In this document: piece by piece, positions 25,656 to 37,353 of the stretch | Position numbering within the stretch: the first letter of the stretch is position 1 | How the letters are laid out: each line of letters opens with the position of its first letter | Origin: Lophium mytilinum | Lineage: Eukaryota | Reading direction: 5' to 3' | Assembly: GCA_010093605.1 (NCBI GenBank) | Contig: MU004188.1 | Location: 1,243,673-1,307,672, forward strand | DNA: 64,000 nt | Notes under the pieces: model-generated | Told to the model about the DNA's origin: nothing | Seen by the model: only the letters and a program-made list of their open reading frames with translations | Databases searched by the model: none | Made by a program: the position numbers and the translations under genes

Positions 25656-26729
25656 TTACTCCATCTTGATCAACGGTGCCTGCAAGAACCCCAGCCGCGA
25701 AAAAACCTCCTGGACCAAACCCGCAATCTGCCCCTTATTACTCTGCCACACCTCATCATGGCCCCCCTCCAGCTGCCTCACCCACAGCTTCCTCCTGCGC
25801 CCCCTTCCCCCATCCTCCTCCCCCTCCCCAACCCACCCCTGCTGCCTCAACACCGCCTCAATCTCCGCATCCTGCTCCTCCTCCACCAACTGATCCCCCT
25901 TACTCCTTGCCAGCACAACCAACCCCAACGCCGGCCACTCCTCCCCCACATACCTCGCATTCGCCGGACTCGCCACCGCCCACCCCACCGGATCCTCCCC
26001 AAACGCGCCTGTCACGATCTGCTCATAGATCCGCTGCGTCTTGGCATCCACCAGCGGCGCACGATGCAACTCCAGAAACAGCGGCAGGTCATAAATCCCC
26101 GCCAGCAGCACCAAACCGCTTAGACTCCCGCGAACCGCCGCACTCGGCCGCGGCACCGTGCCGACATCGACGTCGGACAGCAGCTGCGTCCACAGCGTCG
26201 CGCCGGCCGAGTGCCCGATGCCGACCCAGCCGTAGTCCTCGATGCGGAAGCGGGCGCTGAGGTAGGCGAGGGCGACGCAGACGTCGTTGAGGTGGGTGGG
26301 GTGCTGCACGTTGCGGTACGGGTCCGAGGGGTCAGAGGGGTGGGCGGCGGGGGGTGGGTAGGGGCTGAGGCGGTAGTTGATGCTGGCGAAGCCGGCGATG
26401 GCGGACATGGTGGCGGGGTCGGAGAGTTGGTCGAGGTAGTTGACGGTGGGGATGAATTGTTTGGAGCTGCATTCCGGGTCGCGCCAGGCGCCGCCGTGGA
26501 GGTAGATGAGCCATTTTGTGGAGTTGGGGTCGGAGTCCTCGAGCGGTCGGGGGAGCCAGATGGTTACGGTTTGGAGGATGTGGATGGGGGGATTGGTGTA
26601 GGGGTACGAGTGGAATTGCTTGAGGGGGGTGTTCGTGATAGGGGAAACTGGTGTGGTGAGGGCAGATTCTCCGAAACCACCACCTCTGCTGGTCGGCGTA
26701 GTCGGCGAGGTCGGCGTCGAGGAAGTCAT
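25656..26729 (-). CDS. Alpha/beta hydrolase, kynurenine formamidase (Bna7)-like
   Basis: WLIYLHGGAWRDP, FASINYRLSPYP, HPTHLNDV, nucleophile elbow GHSAGA, GIYDL, C-terminal GGHDEVW. Confidence 0.85.
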   Translation of the reverse strand: MTSSTPTSPTTPTSRGGGFGESALTTPVSPITNTPLKQFHSYPYTNPPIHILQTVTIWLPRPLEDSDPNSTKWLIYLHGGAWRDPECSSKQFIPTVNYLDQLSDPATMSAIAGFASINYRLSPYPPPAAHPSDPSDPYRNVQHPTHLNDVCVALAYLSARFRIEDYGWVGIGHSAGATLWTQLLSDVDVGTVPRPSAAVRGSLSGLVLLAGIYDLPLFLELHRAPLVDAKTQRIYEQIVTGAFGEDPVGWAVASPANARYVGEEWPALGLVVLARSKGDQLVEEEQDAEIEAVLRQQGWVGEGEEDGGRGRRRKLWVRQLEGGHDEVWQSNKGQIAGLVQEVFSRLGFLQAPLIKME

Positions 26730-26939
26730 GGCCGTTTGATAAGTATGACGATGTGACTAGATGACGCTGTCGTGGTCGTTTCAGAATACTGAAATAGATG
26801 AAGATTAGCATCTTGAACAATAAGTAAACTCGTGACGCCACCCTGGACAGCGGTAGAGAGTGTACATGTTTGAGCGTTGTTGATAGCCAGCTGATTGATG
26901 ATGTAGAGCTGTTGTAAAGAGACTGGACACAAGAATCGG

Positions 26940-27420
26940 AAGCGGTGCATGTAGAATAGCACTTCAGGTGGGTAGTTCTTCCCAGTCTTGTAAGCTTTAG
27001 AATGCGACCTATGACGCAACTTCCTCACACATTTCTGACACTGCTCGTGGTGCTTCAACGTACTAACAGAAGCCGAGAACAATGGGCTGTAGGTCTGAAC
27101 GTTGAAGCCTTTGTAAGCGCAAAAGTTTCTGCCGACGCCTGGGGTTGTTATTTATAAGGTTTCAGGCGTGCCACAACTAGAACATAAATGATAATCACAA
27201 TTCTGTAATCCTCCAACATAGCCCCTTGCCAGAGATATCCGAACACTCTTCTGCCACTGTTTGTAGGGTTCCAACGTACTAATAGACACTGGGGACAGCG
27301 GATTCACTTCCAATGTATCTGTGTACACGCCGTTGACGCTGATTAGAATAGCCTCGCGAGTATGATAGTTGTCCAAGATGCCGGATGCCTCTTTCGTTCG
27401 AATGTCAATGACGAGACATT
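26940..27420 (-). pseudogene. Possible decayed gene with two Cys-containing repeat units (PAN/apple-like guess)
   Basis: Direct repeat with 216-bp period (caacgtactaa at 27056 and 27272) translating as PVSISTLEPYKQWQKSVR and ASVSTLKHHEQCQKCVR; interrupted by stops. Confidence 0.3.
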
Positions 27421-27650
27421 GTAGTATGCTGAACTAGCTGTAATGGTGGCAAATAAGACAGTGTGCATTCTGCGATTATAATCGTACTATTAAGCTATTC
27501 ACTACGCGCTTTCAGTGGTATAAAATTGCACTCCAACTCCCCAACTCAACCAAGTCCATTCGGTAATCCAACGTGCACAATCGCCAGCAAATTGCGCCTT
27601 TTGATATCCCATAATCAACGCCAAATCCAAGAAATCAACTTGCTACATGC

Positions 27651-29896
27651 CTACTCAGAAACTCCGATCAGCTTCGGTGTGGGCGCAAACTGCGATTTCT
27701 CCCTAATCTTCGCGCCGCGGTAGTAGAACCAGATCGGCACGGGCACTAAGAGGGCAGCGATGCAACCGAGGAGTGTGGCAGCCCATTCGACGCCCATGCC
27801 GTCGAACATGTAGGTTGCGAAAAGGGGGAACACGCAACCGCAGAGAGACCGGAGGAAGGTGTTCGCAGCAATCGCAGATGCAGCGAACTAGGGAGAGTTA
27901 GCGGCCGATTTGAAATGGTATACAAGGAGGGAACTGTTAGGTGTTTGAAACTCACCATCAGATAGGCATCTACGAGGTAATTCAGCGCCTGCAAGAAAAT
28001 CGACAACAACCCGAATCCCGTCAGGATGCCACTCAGCGTTGGCACGATCCAGTGGATGTCTTCTCGGTACCCCGTCCACCCAAACCAGAATAGCCCGACT
28101 GCAAAGGCGGCTCCGCCAATAATGACTTCTGGCAGCCGCCACTCTGGAATCGGCACGTCGTTGTTTGCAGCGAGTTTCTTCTGGTAACCGGGCTGGCGCA
28201 GGACAATGAAGAGCCCAGCGAGTAGCTGGCCAGTAATCATGCCGAAGAAAGGGAGACCGCCAACACCAAGGTTCATACCGTGTATGCGCTGGAAGACGAT
28301 CGGGTAAGCTGTGAGGAAGAGGTACAAGAGCCCATAAATAAATGCCATATATAGGGAAAGGAGGAGCACAATGGGCTCAGTGACCAGCATCCTGAGCGGG
28401 CGGGAGAAATTCTTCTCCATCAATTCGCGTATGTCGACTTCGATTTCTTCTTGTTTGGCGTGGATGCCCCAGTTCTTGGTGCGTCGGCGGAGTTCTTCAG
28501 CTTTCTCCACGAGGATAATGGGGGGGTAGGTTTCTTGTAGGAAGAGGATATTGAGGGTAAAGGCGAGGAATCCCATTATGGAGACGATGTATTCAGTCCA
28601 GCGCCAGCCGAGGTGGGACATTGTAATGAACCCGCCGACGAAGGGGGCTAAGAGCGGGCCGGTGAATACGGTCATAGAGAAGACCGTTATAGCGATGCCG
28701 CGGGTGCGGTTGTTGAACATGTCTGAGAAGACGGCCGCGACGCAAGTCAACGGACACGCGCCGAAGAAGCCACTCCAAAATCGGCATATTAATACTGTCT
28801 GCAGGTCCTTTGCGACAGCCACGGCCACTGAAAAGACGGCGAATCCAAACGAGGCCAGGACCAGAGGTAAACGACGTCCTTTCAGCTCAGAGAATGGTGC
28901 CCACATTATGGGGCCAGTTGCGAAACCTAAAACATAAAGCGATACTCCTAGTACACCGACTTCCGTGGAGACTCCGAATTTCCCTGCTACTGTTCGAGTC
29001 GCGGCGCTGAAAATAGAACTTCCAAATGCTGCAGTCTGGGATGATTTAGCAAAAGTCCAGTTTCGCAGATTACAGTAAAACCTGAGTATAGTAATACGAG
29101 GTTATAGTAATATCCTCTATAGAGTAATATATTTTGGCTGACCGTACAAATTTGTATGAGGCGTAGTAATATCCTGCTTACTAGAATATTACAAGGTCCC
29201 ACCCACCAATATCACTCTAACCAGGGGTGATTTTTGTATGCGCGGGTGGTCTGTGGCCCCTCTGACCCCCCTTAAACACCCCCTAATTTCGCTGTTTTGG
29301 GGGCTGGGGCTTACAAATCACCCACACGTGACTTTTGGATACTGTAATACCCTCTGTATAGTAATATGACCCCTGCCAACCAAGCGTATTACTATACTCA
29401 GGTTTTACTGTACGACACTACCCACCAGAGTTGTATATCCAAGTATCACGGCCGTGAAAAGCTTCTTTTTCAAAGGCCAATTCTGCGCATGCAAAGGGTC
29501 ATCCACGCCATCAAACTCCACCACATATTCCTCCCGCGCTGGCAGTGGAGGCGGAAACGGTTTCCCACCTCCAAACTCCGGCAGCGGTTTCCTAGACTGT
29601 CGCGACTTGAGGCTTGCGCCGACGGTTGCACTGTGTTGACTGCGCGCAGTTTGTATGCGACTCAGCGCAGTCGCGTGTCTCTCGAGATCTGTGTTATCGT
29701 CAGGTTGGGTCCGCAACCTCGACATGCCAATTTCTTCCCGTGCGACTGATGAGCCATCGGAGCTGGAGGAGGAACTCGAGGACGCGGTAACGGTGCGTGC
29801 GAGAGCTTCGCGCTGGTCTGGCGATTGCTCTGGGAAGCGACTTGGGCTGGCATCGCGCTCGGCCTTTTCGAGGTCTTTGTCCACGATGTTGGGCAT
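27651..29896 (-). CDS. MFS drug:H+ antiporter (DHA1 family, Tpo1/Flu1-like)
   Basis: VVEFDGVDDPLHAQNWPLKKK, AAFGSSIFS, WAPFSELKGRR, GPLLAPFVGGFI, GWRWT, ETYPPIIL, PEWRLP, NYLVDAYL. Introns 29036-29425 and ~27888-27955. Confidence 0.93.
29073..29410. mobile_element. 338-bp non-autonomous Tc1/mariner-superfamily MITE in MFS intron 1
   Basis: Perfect 26-bp TIRs cagtaaaacctgagtatagtaatacg (29073-29098) and cgtattactatactcaggttttactg (29385-29410); TA on both sides (29071-72, 29411-12); repeated subterminal tatagtaata-like motifs; no transposase ORF. Confidence 0.93.
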
Positions 29897-31689
29897 GGTT
29901 GCTGGTATCCAAGGCTCGAATTGAGGTAGAAAATGAGAGCAATCACCTGTTTTAAGGTGGGGTGGAGCTTATAAAGATTGTTGCGCAGGTCCGAGAAAAT
30001 GTTTAAATCCGTCACCGTTGAGTGTCTGAGCGCGCTTGGAAACGGCTATCACGGCGTTAGGATCCACTAGAAGAATATTCTGGTAGCGTAACGTGGCGAG
30101 GGCGTCGGCGACAGGGTGATGGTGAAAATTTGTCTGCAATGCCTCGGTGGAGAGCGGCGGGACTCAGAGCTACGCGCGAACGGCGAAGGTGCTCGAAATC
30201 TTGCTGAGAGCGGGACTGTCTTCGATTGTTGTTTTACGTCCCGAAGCTGTGACGTCTGTGCCACATTGAAAGCGACGGGACTGTGCGTTCGTAGGATTCT
30301 GGTCCTGCCACGCTTCAAGGGACCTCGAATCTCGAGTTCGAAATGAAGAAAGCAGCAGATTAACGATGACTTTAACGCAGCGGCGGGGTGACGATCTTCC
30401 CCTCTCGAGCATATTTCAAGCTAGTGAGGGATTGAAGACATTGTGTCCAATTACGGCGCATCTGTAACCACTCTGCATGCTGACGCAGCATTTCAATCGG
30501 CCTATCGTCGGACCATGGCTTTGCGCCTTGCCCAAAAAAGATAATTATTGAAGATAATCAGAAAAATGAGAGATTGCGTTTATTACTTCTACGGTCCCAA
30601 GAGGCACGGAAGACGCCGGTAAAGATGAGTCGAGACACAACCGTGACCTTGCGTAAGTTTGGGTAATTAGGTGTTGATAGTTGTAAACAGGGTACTCGTT
30701 CTTGGGATTGTCTTGCTTATATGCTTTCTCCAGGTTAGTATATCTTGTTCGTTAGTAGTGTTGTACTGTGCAATACTCGCCAGGTTAGTGACGGGAAGCT
30801 GTCGGAAGCGAGGGAACTCTTAGTAAATAAGTATAGTGAGATGTTGATATCTTCTTACTGGATATACACACAAACAGCTGTGATCGTAATTTTAATTCAT
30901 GTCGACTGAGGGAGGTTGGCGCCGTAGGCACGACACGGTTGGCACGATAAGGTTAGCAAAAGTTGCAAAATTAAATTCCTCAACATAGGAAGCACACATT
31001 CCGAGTGCTAAAATAGACAAATGGGGATGAAATGAACGTTGTGGTGATCGTCGTCGCCCAACACCACAGCTGGTGCAAAAAAGGGCAAAAAGACAAAAAG
31101 AAGATTTGGTGTCGGTTGATACATCACCCGCACCACCCATCCCAGCCCGGGCGAGAGTAATCCAGTGCCGCCATCCCACGGTGAGAACGCGTCTGCAGAA
31201 TTGCTTCCCTCGACAGTAGATCTCATTGCTTAGGTTCGACCAGCATCGCGTGTTACCAACGCGAGTGGAACGGACACCGCAGGATTCGAACTGGGCCCTT
31301 GACCGAGCATTTGCAGGGAGGGGCGGTGCGGTTGGTCGATGCACCTTCCGACCGCGACCCGCTACAGGTTGGAGTGCCAAGAAATAAGACCATCTAAGAA
31401 CCTGCACACCCGAACATCGATATCCACGCCGCAGTTTTCACCACATCACAATCAATTTTCAGCAGCATAAAGAACGCAGAAGCACCCAGATGGACCCGCA
31501 TTATATCGTACACGCAGCCTACTACTGTACAGGTCGTGACCCACGGCGCCGAAAGACTCAGTATGCTGTACCCTACCCGCCACGCTTACTGCGCTCTCCA
31601 AAATCGACACCCCGACACCCAGCAACGCCTCTATCACCACAAGGACAGCCATTCAAGATTCACAGCGCTAGTTACGTATGCTATGCACA

Positions 31690-33228
31690 TTATAGGAAGT
31701 ATTCGCCCCGCGTACCCCGCCCGGCTGGCACCGCACGCCGGTGGTCAGGCACGGCGCTGAAGATGGTGAACTTCGGGCTCAGGTCCTCCTGCAGACTCAT
31801 GATTGACGCCACATTGCCGCAGCGGTAGCAATAATTGGGCGCGGACCACACAGTGACGACGTCCTTGTCTTTGAAGTGGTACTACCTGGTGTCAGTGCTG
31901 GTTGCTCGAAGGATTCTGCCCAGACATACCTTGTAGCCTTCGTTGACTAGCTGATGCGCTCTGGCGATCAGCGAGAGCCCGTTGACGTGATTGAACTAGA
32001 GCATGTCAGCTTCTTCGCTTCGACTCTTACATGCGGTCCACTCACCTCCGACGACACCTTGTCGCCAAACAGCCAGCCCGCCCCTCGAGGAGACACAGCC
32101 CATGTATCGACATCTTCCGGATCGCTCCAAACAAGATCGCAGAACGCGCCTTCGTGAGGGATCTCTTGCGCCCTTGCGACAACCCGGATCTGGTCCAATG
32201 TCCTAATCTCTGGGCTTAACCCGCCGTGCACGCAGAGCACTTTGCCGTCAATGATAGCCGCCAGGGCCAGGAAATCAAATACTTGACAGCACGCTTTCCA
32301 CACCGACGCGTTCCCGTATTTCGTCTGGCACTCTTCGTAGAAACCATACACTTGTGTAATCTGCCGTGACTCGTGATTTCCACGGACTAACGTGACTCGA
32401 TCGGGGTATCTGGGGAGTTCAGTATGACTGCAGAAAGTATCCCTCGCAAACCCTACTCACTTCGCCTTCAAGCACATCAACAGCGTAAACGTCTCCAAGC
32501 TGAAGTATCCTCTGTCCACAAAATCTCCTAGGAATACGTAATTCTGCTGGCCGTTCCCTCCTGACCCAGACACGTTCCTTCTGCTCCCTCCGTCGGAATC
32601 GTCATCTGTGCTCCGTCTGCCCGTGACACTCCGACTCCGGCCTCGTTCTTCCTCTTCCTCCTCATCGCCTTCCTCGTCGCCTTCGCCGGGGCTGGTGGCG
32701 GTGTAATTGGCGTCAGCTTGGAATCGGCGCTTCATTTTCCGCTTTGCCTTCGGGTCCGTGATGGTCGTCGGGGGTTCAATATCTGCTGCGCTAATAGTCT
32801 TGGTCGGCACGGTTGGGCGGACGGCGAGGGTATCGTTGGGCATGCCGCCGGCGACCTTAAAGAGCTCGAGGAGGTCGTAGAACTGGCCGTGGATGTCGCC
32901 ACACACGGTGACGGGTGTCCGAACCGGTTGGATGTTTGATTCTGCATATCTACGAGTCAAAAAGTGTCATAAAGTAGCGCTCCGACTATTAGATCGACGT
33001 AACTGCGCCGTCGACCCCACCTGCGGCGCAATTCGAGGCAAAGCGCGGAGCAAGGAGCCGGGGATTACTACCTTCCATTAAGCACTCCTTGACTATCTCA
33101 CAAAGCCTCTTCATGTCGGCCTCTGGGAGGTACTTGCACTGCTTCGCCGATTCGAGCCATTCGTCGGGCCCCGCGCCTTTGGAGAGTCGTGCCGCGCCTG
33201 GCTGCGGCACATCGCTGTCCTTTGCCAT
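31690..33228 (-). CDS. SIT4: Ser/Thr protein phosphatase PP6/Sit4 (ppe1) catalytic subunit
   Basis: [103 protein letters not shown]-terminal YFL. Multi-exon. Confidence 0.93.
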
Positions 33229-33694
33229 ACTGGAGTGAGGGTTTCACGTAGGTATGCGTTCCACAGTGGTGGATATGTCGAGGCTATCGCTGGGAAAGCG
33301 GCGAGTGATTATAAATGAGAGTCTGTCGTGTGACTGTGAGGTGGAGGAGGCGTAGTGAGCGGAGGCGACGGCTACGATGGAATCTGTTGTGTGGCAGGAT
33401 GAGACGGGGTGGGCAGGCGTAAAGGGTTCAACGGGCGTGGCGCATGACGGTGAGGTCCAGTTCACGGGTTGCAGTTGGTGAGGTGGGATGCACCTGAGGT
33501 GTTGGCAGTCCACGGGCACGTAGCAGCTCCCAGCGACCCAATCGCCGGCCAAATAATAGCACCTTCCTGCTCTGGGCCGTGGGGCTTTCTATGCCAGTGT
33601 GAGGGCCGCGTCTCCAACATTTTGTCACGACTCACCAATACACTACCACCACACCCAGATCTACGAGACCGCCTGCATACCCTCAACACCGGCC

Positions 33695-35650
33695 ATGGGT
33701 CCGCCTGCAGCTCCACCTGCGCCCGTGAACGGCGTGCTGCCAATCTCCGTGCTGCAGAAGAATGCTCCCGCCGCTGCACCCCGCGGACCTTCAGCAAAGG
33801 CCGCTGCACCCCGTCTGAAGCTTGTGCTACGCCGACTGCCCCCGGGATTGACCAAGATCGAGTTTGAGGCAGCTCTGGGAGACGACTGGAAGCTCGGCGC
33901 TGGCAAGGTGGACTGGCTGCTCTACAAGGCGGGGAAGATATCCAAGGAGTGAGTCTGTTCTCTCCCAAGCAATTTCACCTGCTGACAAGCCTATAGCCTA
34001 GCCAAACCATCCCGACCTTCTCGAGCCTACCTAAAAGTCACCTCACAAGAGAATGCCACGGCACTGTCTGACCTCGTCCGACACACCTCCTTCAACGATG
34101 CCGCAAACTCGGCCAGAGACGCTGCGCTCATCGGGCCACCAGCCCTTGAATTTGCTCCCTACTCCCGGACTCCAGGTGGCAGACGCCGCAACGATGCTCG
34201 TCAAGGCCTCATCGACCAGGACCCAGAGTTCAAGGACTTCCTCGAGAGCCTCACAAATCCCGTCACCAAACCTGTTCCAGAAACTAATGGAGAAGGAGCT
34301 TCCGAGAAACCGGAAAAAGTCACAACAACTCCCCTCATCGAGCACATCAGGGAGAAGAAGGCCAACAAGGACAAGCCCCAGGCCAAGCTTGCTGGTAAGC
34401 ACGCTCGCGGTGAGTCGCGAGACGACAAGACCGACAAAGCGGGGGATAAGAAGATCATCAGCAAGGCGGGCAAGGAAAATGCTCCGGCCTCCTCAGAGAA
34501 GGGCAGAAAGATGAGCAGGGCAGAGCGGGCTGCCAAAGAAGCTGTCAAGGTTCTAAATAAGGAAGCATCAGCTAAAGTAGCTGAGACAGCATCTCCTGCG
34601 GCAACAGCTCCTCCGGAAAGGAAACGAGAGCGCGGGAGTGGCATCGCGGCAGCCAAGATACTTCAGCGAGATTTGGGTATAGGCCCAGCTCCCGCCCGCA
34701 GACGGGGCGCGAAGCGTGAAAGCAGTACAGCACCACCTGATTCTGCGAACAAACTTGAAGAGACGCCACCAGTCCAAGAGAGCCAGGCGGAGGCTAGTGC
34801 AACTACGACCCCAGACAAACAAGCCAAAGCACCAGCTGCTCCCAAGCCCGCAAAAGAGTCCACGCGACCAACTCGTGCAGAGCGACGTGCCCATAAGGCC
34901 GCTCGAGAAGAAAAGAACAGCCAGCCAAACGCTGAAGGATCCAAACCGCAACCCAAGACTCCGGCTGCACCTGTCATACTCAAGAAGCCACCAACAGCAC
35001 CACAGTCGCCCGCGAAAGGCCCTACTCAACCACCGAAGGGGCCTGCTGCCTCGCGTGCTCCACCTACTGAGCCGGCAGCCGCCAAAGCTGTTCCACCGAC
35101 CGCCCCAGCGGCAGCTCAGAAGGCTGCACAGATCCCCACGCCGTCGACAGCAGCCCCGACCTCCACATCTACCGGCCGCCAAGCCTTCTTGAAGCACGCC
35201 AACCCATCTCAGGGCATCACAGAACCCCTGATCGAAGCTGCTCTTGCCGTCTTCGGTGCCATCGAAAAGGTGGAAATCGACAAGCGTAAGGGGTTCGCAT
35301 ACGTCGATTTTGCGGATCCGGATGGCTTGCAAAAGGCCATCGCAGGCAGCCCGGTCAAGATCGCGCAGGGTGCAGTGCAGGTGCTTGAGCGGAAGGAGAA
35401 GCCCGTTCGGCGACCGCCTGGGCCTGCTGGCCCGCCTACTGGACCCGCGCGTGCTGGCCGTGCTGGCGGCTTTGCTGGTAGAGGTGGAAGGGGAAGGGGT
35501 GGCGGAAGAGGGGGCGCGGTTGCGGCGAGTGAGGGCGCTCCGAACTCGACCCCGAGTGTCCCTGTTACTGCAAGTGCAGTGAGTACGCTAGCTGCTGCTA
35601 CAGCTCCGGGCCCGGCTCCGACCCCAGCGGCTGTTGAGGTTGGGACTTGA
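33695..35650 (+). CDS. UPF3: Nonsense-mediated decay factor Upf3 (Smg-4/UPF3 domain) with C-terminal RRM and RGG
   Basis: RLKLVLRRLPPGLT...GKISK|PAKPSRPSRAYL...IGPPALEFAPY...DARQGLIDQDPEFKDFLESL; intron ~33949-33996; C-terminal FLKHANPSQGITE...KGFAYVDF. Confidence 0.9.
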
Positions 35651-36644
35651 TTATGCTGTTCTGGGAAAGGAGAAGACTATCACAGACGGCACACTTCAAC
35701 ATAGCTTGAGTATATGTCTACCATGCCGATACAGCTACGACGACGACGAGTCGCCATGAACCCTATCGAGACTGCATTACGGAGCCATATTTACCACGAT
35801 ATCATCTTTGCCAGGCCAAAAACCGGTCTTTCAACCTTCACTAGGTAGATTACCCCTCCTACTCGAGCGACCTACGACGGGTCTTCCTTTTGGACATCTT
35901 ACTGGAGATCACTCGTTGAATGCACACCTCACTACTAAACCCAGGAAGCTATCAAGAGCAGAACATCTATCTTACAGGTATCACCTCATGATAAGGATGG
36001 TTCACTGAACATGGATATCGAGCATGGATTTCAGGAGATAGCCTAAACGGCAGTATTGGGTTGGCAGTGGGCCCAGCATGTGGATAGTTGAAATAAGAAC
36101 AGTGTTTTGAACATGGCAAAATGTCTTGTTTTGTGAAGTGGGGGTAAAGCGAGGATTATGGCTGAATAGTCACAACCGTGCTTTGCCCTAGTTTGCACAT
36201 ACCTAGTCATCTGTCTGGAGGGCTTCAAGATATTTTTGGGAAACCGAGCCCGCCGAAAGTTTGGTATTGTGATTAGTCACTAAACTGGCTGTGCCGCTCT
36301 TACACCTGTCTACTAGTGCTTAGAATGCTTCAACGACTATCCACACAGGCTTCGTTATATGCTTCCCAGCCGCAAGCAAGGACGCGCAGTGGAGAGTCTC
36401 TTTCCCAGGACTATTGCGTCTGCGAGTTGCTCCCACTACCGCCAGGAGAAGCTTGTGCAAGGGTTTTAGTCCTGGAAGACTTGTTTGTATCTAGAGAAGT
36501 TAGCACAGCCACCCCTTGATGTTCGGTTTCGGCTTGGTAACGGCCCTCAAGATAGCTCAACGCCAGTATCCTCGCTGTGATCATGGCGTTGGGCAGTGTG
36601 GTTAGTAAGGGGGGGTCCACTTCTTTGATTGCCCCTTCCTGTTG

Positions 36645-37108
36645 CAAGGAGTCACGAGATTGACTGCGTGAACCCTTTTGTGTGGACGCGATGGGGACGC
36701 TTAGTAGCCCATCTCGTCCTCGATTCCTCAGCCCCTTTTGGCCGATCTTCTACAAGAAGTCATGGAATTGACCGCGCAAAAATGAGATTTGCTAGACGCG
36801 GTGCAGACCATCTCGTCCTTAAATCTCGACCCCTTTCGGTTTTGTTATCTGCAAGAAGTCACCGGATTGACTGCGTGAGAAAACAAATTGATAGACGCGG
36901 CGTAGTACCTGTCGTAGTCTTATGTAAAAACGCGAAAGACAGATCTACAACTAGAGCTCCATCACAAGCGTCGTGAGAAGAGGCTGGGGGTCTTTAGCAA
37001 GGCATTGGGAAATAATGTTGCAAGAAGGTACGTAATTAGCCGTGTGGGATGTTGTTTTGGGAGACGCGGCGTAGACACTGCGTCCGAAGTATTATCTACG
37101 CCGCGTCT
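36645..37108. repeat. Degenerate ~100-bp tandem repeat array plus 14-bp perfect inverted repeat
   Basis: caagRagtca...attgacYgcgY units start at 36645, 36753 and 36852 (periods 108 and 99), with ccatctcgtcct shared by units 1 and 2. agacgcggcgtaga (37062-37075) and tctacgccgcgtct (37095-37108) form a palindrome that reuses the unit motif. Confidence 0.7.
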
Positions 37109-37353
37109 AAGAAAAAGTGATTCGTGCGGTTCGATCGGGAAGTTTTGGTAATAAAAAGGGACAAAGAGGTGCCTCAGCGTGAAAAGGCGTGAAAAGTTGC
37201 ATGCCCGACGGAGAGACTAGAAGGCCGAGGTTCAACATTCGCGAAACCCCATGAAACTAAAATAGTATAGCAATAGGTCATAGGTCGTGGATTGAAGCAA
37301 TCCTATGAATAGGGCATATCGTCGACAGCACCCTTTACCCCCTGATAATGCCC

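Noticed and set aside
25676..26756. Pro-rich and Gly/Val-rich ORFs overlapping the hydrolase
   Set aside because: Antisense or alternative-frame shadows caused by high GC3 in the real gene.
31270..31345. tRNA-like GTTCGAATCC on the minus strand
   Set aside because: The T-stem does not pair (cccag/cctgc), and no matching acceptor 5' strand or D-arm lies at the right distance.
36645..36950. CRISPR-like repeat-spacer array
   Set aside because: The units are similar along their whole length, strongly diverged and in a eukaryotic context; no cas genes.
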